Source: Octopus sinensis
Lineage: Eukaryota
Direction of reading: 5' to 3'
Length of the DNA stretch: 64,000 nucleotides
Assembly (NCBI RefSeq): GCF_006345805.1
Contig: NC_043000.1
Location: 47,058,001 to 47,122,000, forward strand
Shown: one piece after another, positions 39,252 through 51,800 of the stretch
How positions within the stretch are numbered: position 1 is the stretch's first letter
How the letters are laid out: every line of letters begins with the position of its first letter
The notes under the pieces: model-generated
Told to the model about the DNA's origin: nothing
The model's input: the letters and a program-made list of their open reading frames with translations, nothing else
The model's database searches: none
Translations under genes and position numbers: made by a program

Positions 39252-39732
39252 GTGTGTGTGTTTGTGTGTATGTGCAGGGAAAATGAGATACTGAAATATG
39301 CTGACAGCGACAACTCCAAGCCCTTCTAAAATGCCCTGAATGCTATTTAGGGGCCGAAGTCCTCTGGAACATCCCCACTGCCCAGTGTTCATAAAAACAC
39401 AACATTGACACAGACGCATCCCTGGAAAGATGGGGCAGAGCACATCAACAACGTTCTGAACAGGCCTTCCTCTATCAATGCTGAAGCTATTGCTTGCACG
39501 CCCTCAAGTTCATGACTCCATCCCAGCTGATATATAATGCATACATACCTCCATGAATGCATTTTTCAGTCTACAGAGAAATATCTGAATTAGGTTTTTA
39601 TGTCTAGTACGTAGGTTTATACACACACGCACACCATGTACAAACATACATATACACACACAAATACATACATGCATGCATACATACATATATGCATATA
39701 CTCATGCATATACTCATGCATACATACATACA

Positions 39733-39764
<32 letters not shown>

Positions 39765-39769
39765 AACGT

Positions 39770-41025
39770 TATACCGAAAAAATGCACTGTATAATGTCTT
39801 ATATAGTAATTCGCCTTACTGTTATTCGCTGCAGGCAAATAGTGGTTTTCAATAAAGCAACGTGCCGTCATTGAGTTCTTGACGAAGGTGGCTCAAAGGC
39901 TGTCCGACATTCACAGAAGTTTTTCAGTAAAGCAAGGTGATGTCAATGGGTTATTGACAACGATGGCTCGAAGGCTGTCCGACATCCACAGAAAGTTATA
40001 GGTTGTTGATGGAGAAGACACCATTGGCAAGAAGATTGTGCACAAACGAAAGAAAAGCTTTAAAGAAGAGAAAACCATGCAGTACGAAACTATGAATAAT
40101 CACCTCTGACATGAATGACCACCAAGTGCATGAACTGATTCACGGATTGGGATCAAGATACATTACAGATAATTGAGGAAGACTTTGAGTATCGGAAAGT
40201 GACTGCAAAATGGCAGTTGACAGCCAATTTGATGAACGTAAGAGTTGAAGTTTGCTCTGATCTGCTTGAAGTGTTTGAAGACGCGTTTATTCTGATTTGA
40301 TGACAGGCAATGTAATGTGGACGTGTCTTTATGACCCGGAAAACACAGATCAATCCCTGGAATGGCATCACGTACTTTCTCCAAGCCATAAAATATTCAA
40401 AAATCACTTGTCAAGCTTATATCTGTAAATTTTCTATAGAAATCATAGCCAACACTGATATGATAGCACTGCTAACGCAGTAGAACATAATATTGATTTA
40501 TAAAAGTGTTTAATATACTTTGTAGTATATTATGGTTGTATAATGAAATACGGTGTCCCTAAACGTTATTAATATTCAAAAGTTAATGATTGACATAAAA
40601 GTTCAAGGTGACAGTTTTGAAAGATGACAAGGGTGCCATATACTTTGTTTCTTTGGAGCGCTGCTGTACCATGAACAGCGATTTGTGTATCGAAATACTT
40701 AAAAGGCTTAGAGAAGCCATGAAAAGGAAAAGACCAAGCAAGAATCTGAAAATGATCCACGGTTTCCTGGAAATGAACTACCTCACACACATTTGATTGT
40801 AAATAAGGGCAACAGCAACTTAGGCTAGTCAGTGATCCAACATTCACTTTTTGGTCTAAGAAAAGACTATTTTGTGAGGAAAATGATTTGATGACGCAGG
40901 TGAAGTGAAAGAGGTTGTGAAGAAGAAAGTATAATAGTGCACATCTTAAGTTTTTCAGAATAGATTCAAAGTTGGGTTCAACGAGGTGCAGAAATGTATC
41001 GCTTGTGATGGAAACTACGCTGAGG
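39770..41025 (+). mobile_element. Degenerate mariner transposon
   Basis: KQRAVIEFL, LSDIHRK, YDPENTDQSLEWHH, TMNSDLCIEILKRLREAMKRKRP, QKCIACDGNYAE across frames; ~70-bp internal duplication and AT-rich insert ~40410-40600. Confidence 0.82.
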
Positions 41026-41900
41026 TACCGAAAAGAAACGGGAATTTTGCAGGATTATTTTATTCACTTATTTTACTCGTTTACACTTTTAACGCTTTCA
41101 AAGTATATTCCATTTGAAGCGATGCATCGGTTCAGGCGCATTTTCCAAAATTCGAAGCAGTGCTAGACTCTTGCGAAGTGATACCGTTTATCGACTTCGT
41201 CGTTTTGTTTTCTTCACCTCTTCCACATCAACAAATTTCACAGCACCAGCTTCATCACTAGTAATGACCTTCAAAAAAGGTCCGGATCAACATTCGACTG
41301 TTTTTTCATGACATCCTTTCAGCCATGATCGCTTTTGATCTTTCGTGAGCAAGCGAGGCACAAGTTTTGCCTCAACTCTTTCCATTCGCAATTCCTCGCT
41401 CAAAATTCGTTCGAAGGAGCTCCAGAACACACTAGTCAGATCAATAAGTTTGTTACTGGTTCGGTGACGATCCTCCAAGATCAGTTCATGAATTTTCATG
41501 ATGTTTTCATTCGGGGGCTCAAGGGTTGTCCTGAACAAGGTTGGTCTTCAAGCGACAAGTGATCATTTCCAAAGCATGGAAACCACTTGTAAACTTGTGT
41601 ATTGCTCATAGCAGCGTCCTTGTAAGCTGTTTGAAGCATGAGAACTATTTCGGCAGCAAAAAACAGAATTTCTCGGAAGCACACTGTTCCTTCGTGTCAG
41701 CCGTCGCAAATATCGACGAACAGGGGAGAAGCATCACAAAGCAAAAACGCACTGCGTAGCAGTAGGACTACACGAGTTGATGTCGGCCGGCAGATTGATG
41801 CCTGAGAGTCGCATCAAGTGGCTTGTAATGGCGGAAGCCTGAATTACAATTGGTTTGTCCCACAGAGAACGGTTCCCGTTACTTTTGACTAGTCCCACGT
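41026..41900 (-). mobile_element. Internally deleted mariner transposon
   Basis: AYKDAAMSNTQVYKWF, SLEDQPCSGQP, IHELILEDR, AKLVPRLLTKDQK; partial TIR similarity AAAAG(T/A)AACGGGAA at both ends. Confidence 0.85.
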
Positions 41901-42026
41901 ATGATGATAAATATATTTGTATTGAACATTTATACTACCATTAAATCACCTTATGTCACTAGACAAAAATTTTAATCCATATTAACGTTATTTTCGGTAC
42001 ACCCTTCCTATGTATGCATGTATGAC

Positions 42027-42078
<52 letters not shown>

Positions 42079-42079
<1 letters not shown>

Positions 42080-42231
42080 GTGGCTGTGTGGTAAGAAGCT
42101 GGCTTCCCAATCACATGGTTCCGGTTTCAGTCCTACTGCGTGGCACTTTGGGCAAGTGTCTTCCACTATAGCCTCGAGTCGACCAAAGCCTTGGGAGTAG
42201 ATTTGGTAGACGGAAACTGAAAGAACCCGTC

Positions 42232-42308
<77 letters not shown>

Positions 42309-42442
42309 TGCATGTATGTATTCATGTGTCTGCGTTTGTACCCCCGCCATCGCTTGACAACCGGTGCTGGTGTCTTTACTTACTCGTAACATAGCGGTTC
42401 GGCAAAACAGACTGATAGAATAAGTACTAGGCTTACAAAGAA
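42079..42442 (+). mobile_element. SINE family B, 3'-truncated, with internal (TA)/(TATG) microsatellite
   Basis: Homology to 13183-13609. Confidence 0.9.
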
Positions 42443-43257
42443 CATATTTATATTTGTATGTATGTATTATATATATGCATATGCATATGCATATGAATGA
42501 GACAGACAGTAAAGGAACGTTAGCTATTCCTTCTTTTATAGTAAAAGAATTCGTTTTTCTTTGTGTTTAGTGTCAAGATATCTGCAAATATTCGCATTCA
42601 GGAAATGAACACTAAGAAGTTTGTACAGGAAGAAGCAGAAATTGGAAAAAGACTCATGCAAAATAAACACAGCATGTGATCAAAAATATATGTTGGAATA
42701 TAAAGGTTCATTGCATTGTAAAGGACTACTAGGAAATACATCGTTGAAGTTAAAATGTGTTATCGAACCTTTTAGAAGCAGTAAGGGGTAGTCATGGCAA
42801 TAGGAAAAAAATCTATATATCAAAATAACAGATCCATTAAGTTTATGAATTTGTCAAACATATAAATTTGTTTCGTTTATTTATCACATTTTCTTCCTGA
42901 GGCAAAATACCATAAATGTTTAAGGTTATATAGAATAATGGTTTAACCTGAACCAATTATATCTTAGGTATTTATTGTCATTGATTCCAGATTGGTAAAT
43001 CTCGAAGTCAACATTGATGAGATTTCAACAGAGTACGACATTTAAATTTACTATCCTTTTAGCGTTATGTTTGTGTGTGTGTGTGTGTGTGTGTGAAAAT
43101 GCAAATATAATCAAGAGTAAAATATTACTCGATGCCACACGTAGAGTATTATATTGGCTATAACCGATAGTTCATATTTTGTGATTCAAAGTTTCCAGCT
43201 TCCAGCTTTCAGATACAATGCAAAGAGCAGATGAGACGTTTATTATTCTTAATATAC

Positions 43258-43650
43258 ACTAGCAGTATCGCCCAGCGTTGCTCGGGTTTCTGTTGACCCT
43301 TAGATTTGGAATTTTTGAAAAGTAAAAATATTGCATTACGTAGCTTGTTATTCTCTATAAGTGAACATTTTTCTGGTTGAAATACACCGAAAAATGGCCA
43401 CACAGCAGTAAAAAAATCGTAAAAAATAAGGATTTTCATGGAAAGAAAGCACCTTTTTGATTTAAATAATTTTTGGTGTTTACATGGTCCGATTTGAATT
43501 TTGTCGTCTAGGGAATAAAGACCAAGCCTTCTTCTATCATACTCTTAATTTTGGTCAACTTGCGCCGTAAGGTCTCGGAGGAGATAGTGTTAGTTGAAGG
43601 CTACCAAACCTGCCATACACAGACAACTTCAGCTTTATATATATAAAGAT
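43258..43650 (+). mobile_element. HINE-like element (copy in unit 1)
   Basis: Termini as at 23375, different interior. Confidence 0.65.
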
Positions 43651-44151
43651 TTCACCCACAGTTTACACGGCACTAGATTTGTAAAGTTTCACATTAATAG
43701 ATAGCAGACCGAAAAAAAAAAACAAAAGAAACACGCGTCTTATACGCCGGAAAAAATATTTTCCGTTACTTCAGTTGCTTTTATAATTTCATTGTTATTT
43801 CATTTATCTTCCGCATCCATTTCAATATAAAGTGGCCAGTGCGAACAAATGAACGAAATAAGCCCCTTTACATTCAACTGAAAAATCCTATCTTACTAAG
43901 GTAGCATATTTTTCTGTCAGGGAATATGCAAAACTGAGTAAGTTAGAAAATCTAGGAGCGATTAATATGGTAACTAGCCACGCGTATCGCATCTTAATTC
44001 GTCTAATGAAAGTATCTATTCACGGACGGTGATCTTCAACTAATATGAAAATAGATGGGGTAATGAGATTCATAGGAATATATCAAATCTTGTATTTCAT
44101 GATGATGGTAGTGGAGGTGGTGGTCGTGCTGCTGTTGCTATTGTTGCTACC

Positions 44152-44230
<79 letters not shown>

Positions 44231-44389
44231 ATGCAAATATAATCAAGAGTAAAATATTACTCGATGCCACACGTAGAGTATTATATTGGCTATAACCGAT
44301 AGTTCATATTTTGTGATTCAAAGTTTCCAGCTTCCAGCCTTCAGATACAATGCAAAGAGCAGATGAGACGTTTATTATTCTTAATATAC

Positions 44390-44772
44390 ACTAGCAGTAT
44401 CGCCCAGCGTTGCTCGGGTTTCTGTTGACCCTTAGATTTGGAATTTTTGAAAAGTAAAAATATTGCATTACGTAGCTTGTTATTCTCTATAAGTGAACAT
44501 TTTTCTGGTTGAAATACACCGAAAAATGGCCACACAGCAGTCAAAAAATCGTAAAAAATAAGGATTTTCATGGAAAGAAAGCACCTTTTTGATTTAAATA
44601 ATTTTTGGTGTTTACATGGTCCGATTTGAATTTTGTCGTCTAGGGAATAAAGACCAAGCCTTCTTCTTAATTTTGGTCAACTTGCGCCGTAAGGTCTCGG
44701 AGGAGATAGTGTTAGTTGAAGGCTACCAAACCTGCCATACACAGACAACTTCAGCTTTATATATATAAAGAT
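44390..44772 (+). mobile_element. HINE-like element (copy in unit 2)
   Basis: Duplicate of 43258-43650. Confidence 0.65.
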
Positions 44773-45277
44773 TTCACCCACAGTTTACACGGCACTAGAT
44801 TTGTAAAGTTTCACATTAATAGATAGCAGACCGAAAAAAAAAAAAACAAAAGAAACACGCGTCTTATACGCCGGAAAAAATATTTTCCGTTACTTCAGTT
44901 GCTTTTATAATTTCATTGTTATTTCATTTATCTTCCGCATCCATTTCAATATAAAGTGGCCAGTGCGAACAAATGAACGAAATAAGCCCCTTTACATTCA
45001 ACTGAAAAATCCTATCTTACTAAGGTAGCATATTTTTCTGTCAGGGAATATGCAAAACTGAGTAAGTTAGAAAATCTAGGAGCGATTAATATGGTAACTA
45101 GCCACGCGTATCGCATCTTAATTCGTCTAATGAAAGTATCTATTCACGGACGGTGATCTTCAACTAATATGAAAATAGATGGGGTAATGAGATTCATAGG
45201 AATATATCAAATCTTGTATTTCATGATGATGGTAGTGGAGGTGGTGGTCGTGCTGCTGTTGCTATTGTTGCTACCCC

Positions 45278-45308
<31 letters not shown>

Positions 45309-45462
45309 GTTTGTGTGTGTGCGTGCGTGCGTGAAGTCGGAAGACACAGCGTTGTTTGCTTATGGTTACCAGCCGGTGATTCTTGTAGTAAATATTTCAA
45401 CCAAATAGCTCTCCCAAAAACCGGATTACAATACATTCACTTTTTCAGTCTCTGTCTGTCTG

Positions 45463-45508
<46 letters not shown>

Positions 45509-45870
45509 CCTCTCTCTCTCACACACACAAAGAAAAACCCAGCGAATATCTTGTAATAGCACGAGACCTCAGAAATTTCGTTTAAGCCTGTTCAAATTCC
45601 GCCGAGGTTGAATTTACATTTCATCCTTTCAGGTTCGATAAAATAAGTACTACTTCAACACTGCGGTCGATGTTACTGACTTCCTCCCTTCTCTGAAATT
45701 GCTGGCCTTGTGACAAAATTTGGAATCAAAATTTCGCTTAGGTATTGCAATACTAATAACCAGATGTAGAACTCAATATGCGTATGCTTGTGAACGAAGT
45801 TTTAGTTGGGTAGAGAGCTGTAATAAGAAACGCGATGACAAAACAATGTGATTATTTTATGAATTTCATT

Positions 45871-45951
45871 AGCTTACAGCTGTTTCCACAGTAAGATGCG
45901 GTGGGATTATACCTGAGTACCTGTGTAATACCTTACAGCTTCATCAGAACC
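45871..45951 (-). ncRNA. Degenerate type I hammerhead with long stem II and palindromic loop III
   Basis: Minus: GGTT-CTGATGA-AGCTGTAAG...CTTACTGTG-GAAA-C-AGCT-GTA-AGCT; mismatches at the base of stem II. Confidence 0.55.
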
Positions 45952-45997
45952 TTAAACATGAGGTTCATGTTTAAGGCTCTTTTCTTATATATATATA

Positions 45998-46042
<45 letters not shown>

Positions 46043-46061
46043 TATGTATGTATATATATAT

Positions 46062-46606
46062 GGGCAGGCGTGGCTGTGTGGTAAGAAGGTTGTGGGCAGT
46101 AAAGAAATAAGAAGCTTGCTTCCCAACCACATGGTTCTGGGTTCAGTCCCACCTCGTGGCACTTTGGGCAAGTGTCTTCTACAACAGCCTCGGGCCGAGT
46201 AAAGCCTTGTGAGTGGATTTGGTCGACAGACACTGAAAGAAACCCATCGCACACACACACACACACATACTCTAAGATGTAAAGCAACAGCTATTATAGT
46301 GGGGTAGGCCGGTTTATAGGATTACCCAGGGTATCTCCATAAACTGGCCTAGCCTACTATAATATATATATATATATATATGCGTGTTTGTGTGTGTAGA
46401 TATTTGTGTGTCTGTGTTTGTCTCCCATCATCGCTTAGCAGCTGATGTTGGTGTATTTACGTCCCCGTAACTTAGCGGTTCAGCAAAAAAAACTGATAGA
46501 ATAAGTACTAGGCTTAGAATGAGTAAGACCTGCGGTCGATTTCTTCGACTAAAGGTGGTGCTCCAGCATGGCCGCAGTCATATGATAGAAACAGTTAAAA
46601 GAAAGA
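46062..46606 (+). mobile_element. SINE family B with two nested insertions
   Basis: Homology to 13183-13609; inserts at 46089-46107 and ~46270-46363. Confidence 0.88.
46293..46363. mobile_element. ~70-bp palindromic mini-MITE
   Basis: ATTATAGTGGGGTAGGCCGGTTTAT / ATAAACTGGCCTAGCCTACTATAAT arms. Confidence 0.65.
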
Positions 46607-46830
46607 ATATATATATATGTATGTATCTTGCTTTGCTTTTTCAAACTAGAGGTTATCAGTGACTTCGAAATTTCGGCTCATCTGGCGAATGTAACAAAAC
46701 CGAAAGATCGAAAAATCTATCAACCTTGTCCTACAAAAAAATAAAACAAATATTTACTTCAGCTAAATGCATTAAGTGACCCTCCAGTTAATGTGTTTAT
46801 AATTATGCCTTAGAAGTAATAAATGCAAAC

Positions 46831-46922
<92 letters not shown>

Positions 46923-47297
46923 GTCTGTCTCTCTGTCTCTCTGTCTGTCTGCTTGTCTGTCTGTCTGTCTGTCTGAACGTCTATATATGTGAGGGCCCGG
47001 AGTCTGCTGGGTTTCTAGCAACACTCTTGACCAGGCTAACCTGGTGTGTGTTCCGATTTAGGTGCCGATGACCCGATAATGTAATAAGTTGTACTGGATT
47101 ATATGTTACCATGCTACAAGCAGCACTCATGAGAGACTTCACAAGTGACCTGATATACGCGCACACACACAACACAGACATGTATAAAGAAAAATTTTCT
47201 TGATTTTCTTGAAAGTTATTAACTATTTTAAACTGAATGACACGAACCCTTTAGTTGTTCAACTTTTCAAACTCAAGTGTTATGCGGTGATTAGCTC

Positions 47298-47434
<137 letters not shown>

Positions 47435-47759
47435 AATCTATCTATTTATCTATCTATCTTTCTTTCTTTCTCTCTCTCCCTCTCATGTCTGTCTGTCCCT
47501 CTCTCTCTCTATATATATATGTGTATATATACATAAGCACTCGCACACCTTTACATACATGCATACATGCACACACATACATAACTACACACACACATAC
47601 GCCTACACACGCACACATACAAACAAACAATCAAACATACAAACACTCAAAGACACACACTTTTATGTATACAGTTGCGATCGTCTATTTACACACGCAC
47701 TAATATAATATATTCATTTCGCTTTGGAACAGACATGTTTAGTATAACATAGCATGTGT

Positions 47760-47837
<78 letters not shown>

Positions 47838-48481
47838 GTACGTACGTGATTGTGTGTGTATGCAACATTAAATATGTCACTCAAAAAAACTGAATCAAAC
47901 TATTTAGTGAAAAAAAATAATTGAAACCCTACGTAAAAAAAAAATAGCATACGTGACACAAAATAAAAATTATAATTTTGAAAAGATAAAACATAAACAC
48001 GATTATTAAAAATGGACAGAAAAAAGTACTATCATAAAATGACTGGATACAAGCAGAAAAAATTAATTAAATTTGCTATGAAGGAAAATGATAAATTGCA
48101 ATTATTAAAATTACACTTGTTTGTTTTTCGTATAAATGATGTGAAAATAGCTTCATTTTCTGAGTACATTGGCACTATTGTATGATTTACTTTCGGAACA
48201 TAATGTAATTTCATGAAATATATTGATTCTTAGCATGTCGGATAAAATTCTACCTCATCGCTTTCTGTGTTCAAATCCTGCAGGTTGACTTTGCCATTGG
48301 TCTTTTCAGCGTTGCTAAAATAAAGTACTTTGAAATACTTGAGTCTATGCAATCGACTATTCCTCCTCCCCTCAAACTGCTGGCTTTGTGCCATAATTAG
48401 TAAAGGATGTAGGGATTCTACTCATAAACGCACACACATAAATACACATTCATATATATATAGTCTTGAATAGTGTTTCTT

Positions 48482-48803
48482 ACCTGAGGTCCTTATGACA
48501 CACGGGGTTCCATCTAAGAGTTTTGGCGATCCTCACAAGCAAAATAGTAAACTGAGGATCCATAGTAGTATTTTAAGGATCCCCCAAAAAAGTTTGATTT
48601 TGATCTATTTATTGCAAGAAGTATCTTTCTCAAACATTTTGCATAGTTCAACCTGCACAAGACAAGGCGTCAAAAGCAATATAGAACTTTTGAAAGAAGT
48701 ATCTATATAGCTATTTTATAAACATCAAATGGTTGTAGGGGTCCACCAAGGTAAAATAGTAATCAATGGGATCCATAGATAAAAAAATGGTTAAGAACAC
48801 CTG
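48482..48803. mobile_element. Degenerate hAT-type MITE
   Basis: Right end AAAAATGGTTAAGAACACCTG; internal GGGGTCCA/GGATCCATAG motifs; left end decayed. Confidence 0.4.
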
Positions 48804-51800
48804 GTCTAGGGCCGAGGTAGTGGCCTCTACGAGTTCACTTCATCTGCTAGAAATAGCAATCAAATGTCTGCGGACCATTTACTGTTACTTTAATGAAGGA
48901 GAGATATATTAAATAACAAATATCGTAGATGCATTTTCCTCGAAAACAAAGAGGGTAGTGTTATTTCTGTAATTCATAATGACATGAAGAACGAGAAACG
49001 AATTATATTCCTCATCGAGCTCATGACTTTATTCACATGAACAAAACATCTTAACCACCAAGCCACGTGCCTTCGTAGATGTGTAAGAACAGTGTCTGTT
49101 TCCCATCGTAGAACGAGTACATTAAATAAATGAACACACATGTAAGTAAATAGAGGTTGGCTACCGGGGTTGTCTTAAGTTATATTTAAAAGTTTGAATT
49201 AACCATTAAGACAGTGGTGTTTTCACTTCCGAATGCGTGTTATTTTAATTATTGAAAATGATTTATCTTTATATTTTTCTACCTCTTTATCTTTTCAGTC
49301 CCTTTCCGCTAAAGTTTCGGGCGTTGTGCCTACAGGATTATTAATATCGTTTATTTGTTTCAGTCATTAGACTACGGCCATGTTAGGGCACCGCTTTGAT
49401 GAGTTTTAATCGAATGAATCTACCCTGTACTTAATTGCTTTTGAAGTTTGATACTTATTCCATAGTTTTTTTGGGTTTTTTTTTTTGGAAGCAAAGTTGC
49501 AGGGACGCGTGTTTGCGCTCACCTTAGTAAAAAAAAAATTACATTGTTGCTGTGAGACAGAAGCATTAGCTAAATGCTTAATGATTAATGATTAATGAAG
49601 TAAATACCAAACTGAAATATGCACTAAGATCGATATGACTGACTAATCCCTGTGAAAGTTGTGTTCGAACTTGGCCACATTTCAATGACTAAAACCAATA
49701 AGTATAAATTAAAAGAATAAATTAAAAGAATAGCCAGTGAACACCTAGTGGTCCTGTCAATTTGAAGATATCTGAGAAAGATAACATTAAACTGATTATC
49801 TGCTTCCTGTTCCTACTCCAAGCCCATTGGCGTAGTTCCACACACCATTGTAACTTGGTGTTAATGTTAAAAATCGCAGAGAAATGGTATATCGAAAATA
49901 ACCGTACAAAAGGAATCAAATAAAACTCCATTTTTTTTTCAAGATATGTAATCAGTACCTGAATACTTTTCAGGACGATGGATCAGAAAGATATGGTTCA
50001 ACGCTATACAAAATAATTAGTAAGGTTTAGCAGTACCCCTTTATGTTCTAAATCCAATCCACAAAGCTCAACTTTTGCGTTACATCCTTTCAGGGTCGAT
50101 AAAACAAGTGTCCTGGATAGAGTAATTGACCGTTCTCTCCTACATAAATTTGCGGCATTAATATTTAAGTTAGCGTAGAAGTTTGGATTCGCTCTTAAAG
50201 AAATACCTCAAAAACCTGTCGAGTAATTTACATACTTTTTGCTCTAGTAAATATTACCAAGAACAATATGTAAAAGAAATTGTATTACTATGTATTCTTC
50301 GTATGTAAACATATTTCTATTGCATTTCGTTTTGCATATAGCCCATAATTTGTCTTGCTTATGTCATGTTGAAAAGTGCCTCACTGAAAGTTTAATATTC
50401 AGATAACTTGCGAAAGAAATCAAAATTTTAAATATATATATTAAAAAAAACCCAGAAGATTGATTTTATTTTGCTTAGTAATCATTTATAGAACAAATAT
50501 TCCAAGCTTCAGTATTTTTATAGATACCACAGATGACTCTCATGCAATCAATCAATGACAACCGGGACAAAATAATGGCACCAGAGTTGATATAATTTAG
50601 AGCTCTGTCAGAGATGACGGAGCAGTGCTTTGATCAAAGACTACTAGTCATAACCATTCCATTTGCTTGTATCTCTATGGCTGCAATATCCAATGTTTCC
50701 TTCCATTTTAGCAAGATATTGTTGTTGTAGTTGTTGTTTAGCCCCAGGTGAGATCTGAATTAATAGATCTACGATTAATGGCATTCAAACATTGACAATA
50801 CCGCCTTTGCCTCAGACAATGTATCTAAGACGATGTTAGCCAATGTATAAATTTTTTATAACGGCAATTTGTTTATTAATTTTAGCAGATCGAGCCACTT
50901 CGAGGAGGCTTCTTCACTGGAGCAGGATAAGAGGGTTACTGATGAGCTTTATAGACCCTTTGAAATGGTATGTCGAACATGAAGTTCTGAGGTCTGATGC
51001 CCGAAGAAAAATCTTTAAGTATGGATGAAACACAAGAGGAATAATTTTCTAGGGAGAATTGATTAGGAAAACTATTAAATATGATGTTTAGGAGGTGAGA
51101 TATGTACGAATGGCAATAAAAGAATATGTAAATTGTTTAGAAATAAATTGAAATGGTGCGTAGCTTAAACCAACATAAACCCTTATAAAGATTGTAGCAG
51201 AAACGGGTAGAAGAACGGACTAGTAACATAGGTATATTAGGGAGTTAACATATTTTCAGATATGGTCCTGGATGTCTTTGTTTATAGTAGAAAGAAAATC
51301 CAGGAAATGGAATTAATTTTGGTCGTACTAGATATTTATAGAAGGCCGCTAAGCCACGGATCGGAAGTATTTTTCTGATTTCTAAGAAATAGTCTAGTCT
51401 TGAAGTGCAATTTTAGACTACTTATCTATGGTAAATTTCTCGTGGTAAAGAGTGTACTACATTTCGTAGAGTGCTGACTATGCAAACGCTTTTCGATGCA
51501 TGAATTCATCGATTCGTATCAAGATCAAACAGGAATTTGCGTACTTTTGTATCAATAGGCATACGTAATCACTAACAGTCTTCATACTCCTGCCGTGCCT
51601 GAAAAGTCTCACAACCTTACCAACCTCTTATATCATGACACAGCCATACCAAATCCAATAAACACGTTTATCCTATCCACTCCGATCACATATTTTGCAG
51701 CGCATAAAAATGACTTATTCTATTTATGGGAAAATTGTCTGGAAAACAAGAATATTTCTACACGAGTTGTTTCTTTTCAAATACAAATTTTTCTACACGC

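Larger units (their letters stand above)
43095..45278. repeat. Tandem duplication of a 1132-bp unit bounded by (GT)n
   Basis: GAAAATGCAAATATAATCAAGAG at 43095 and 44227; few substitutions and a 10-bp indel. Confidence 0.95.

Noticed and set aside
50935-50985. CTGATGAG...GAAA
   Set aside because: No stem II, I or III; chance match.
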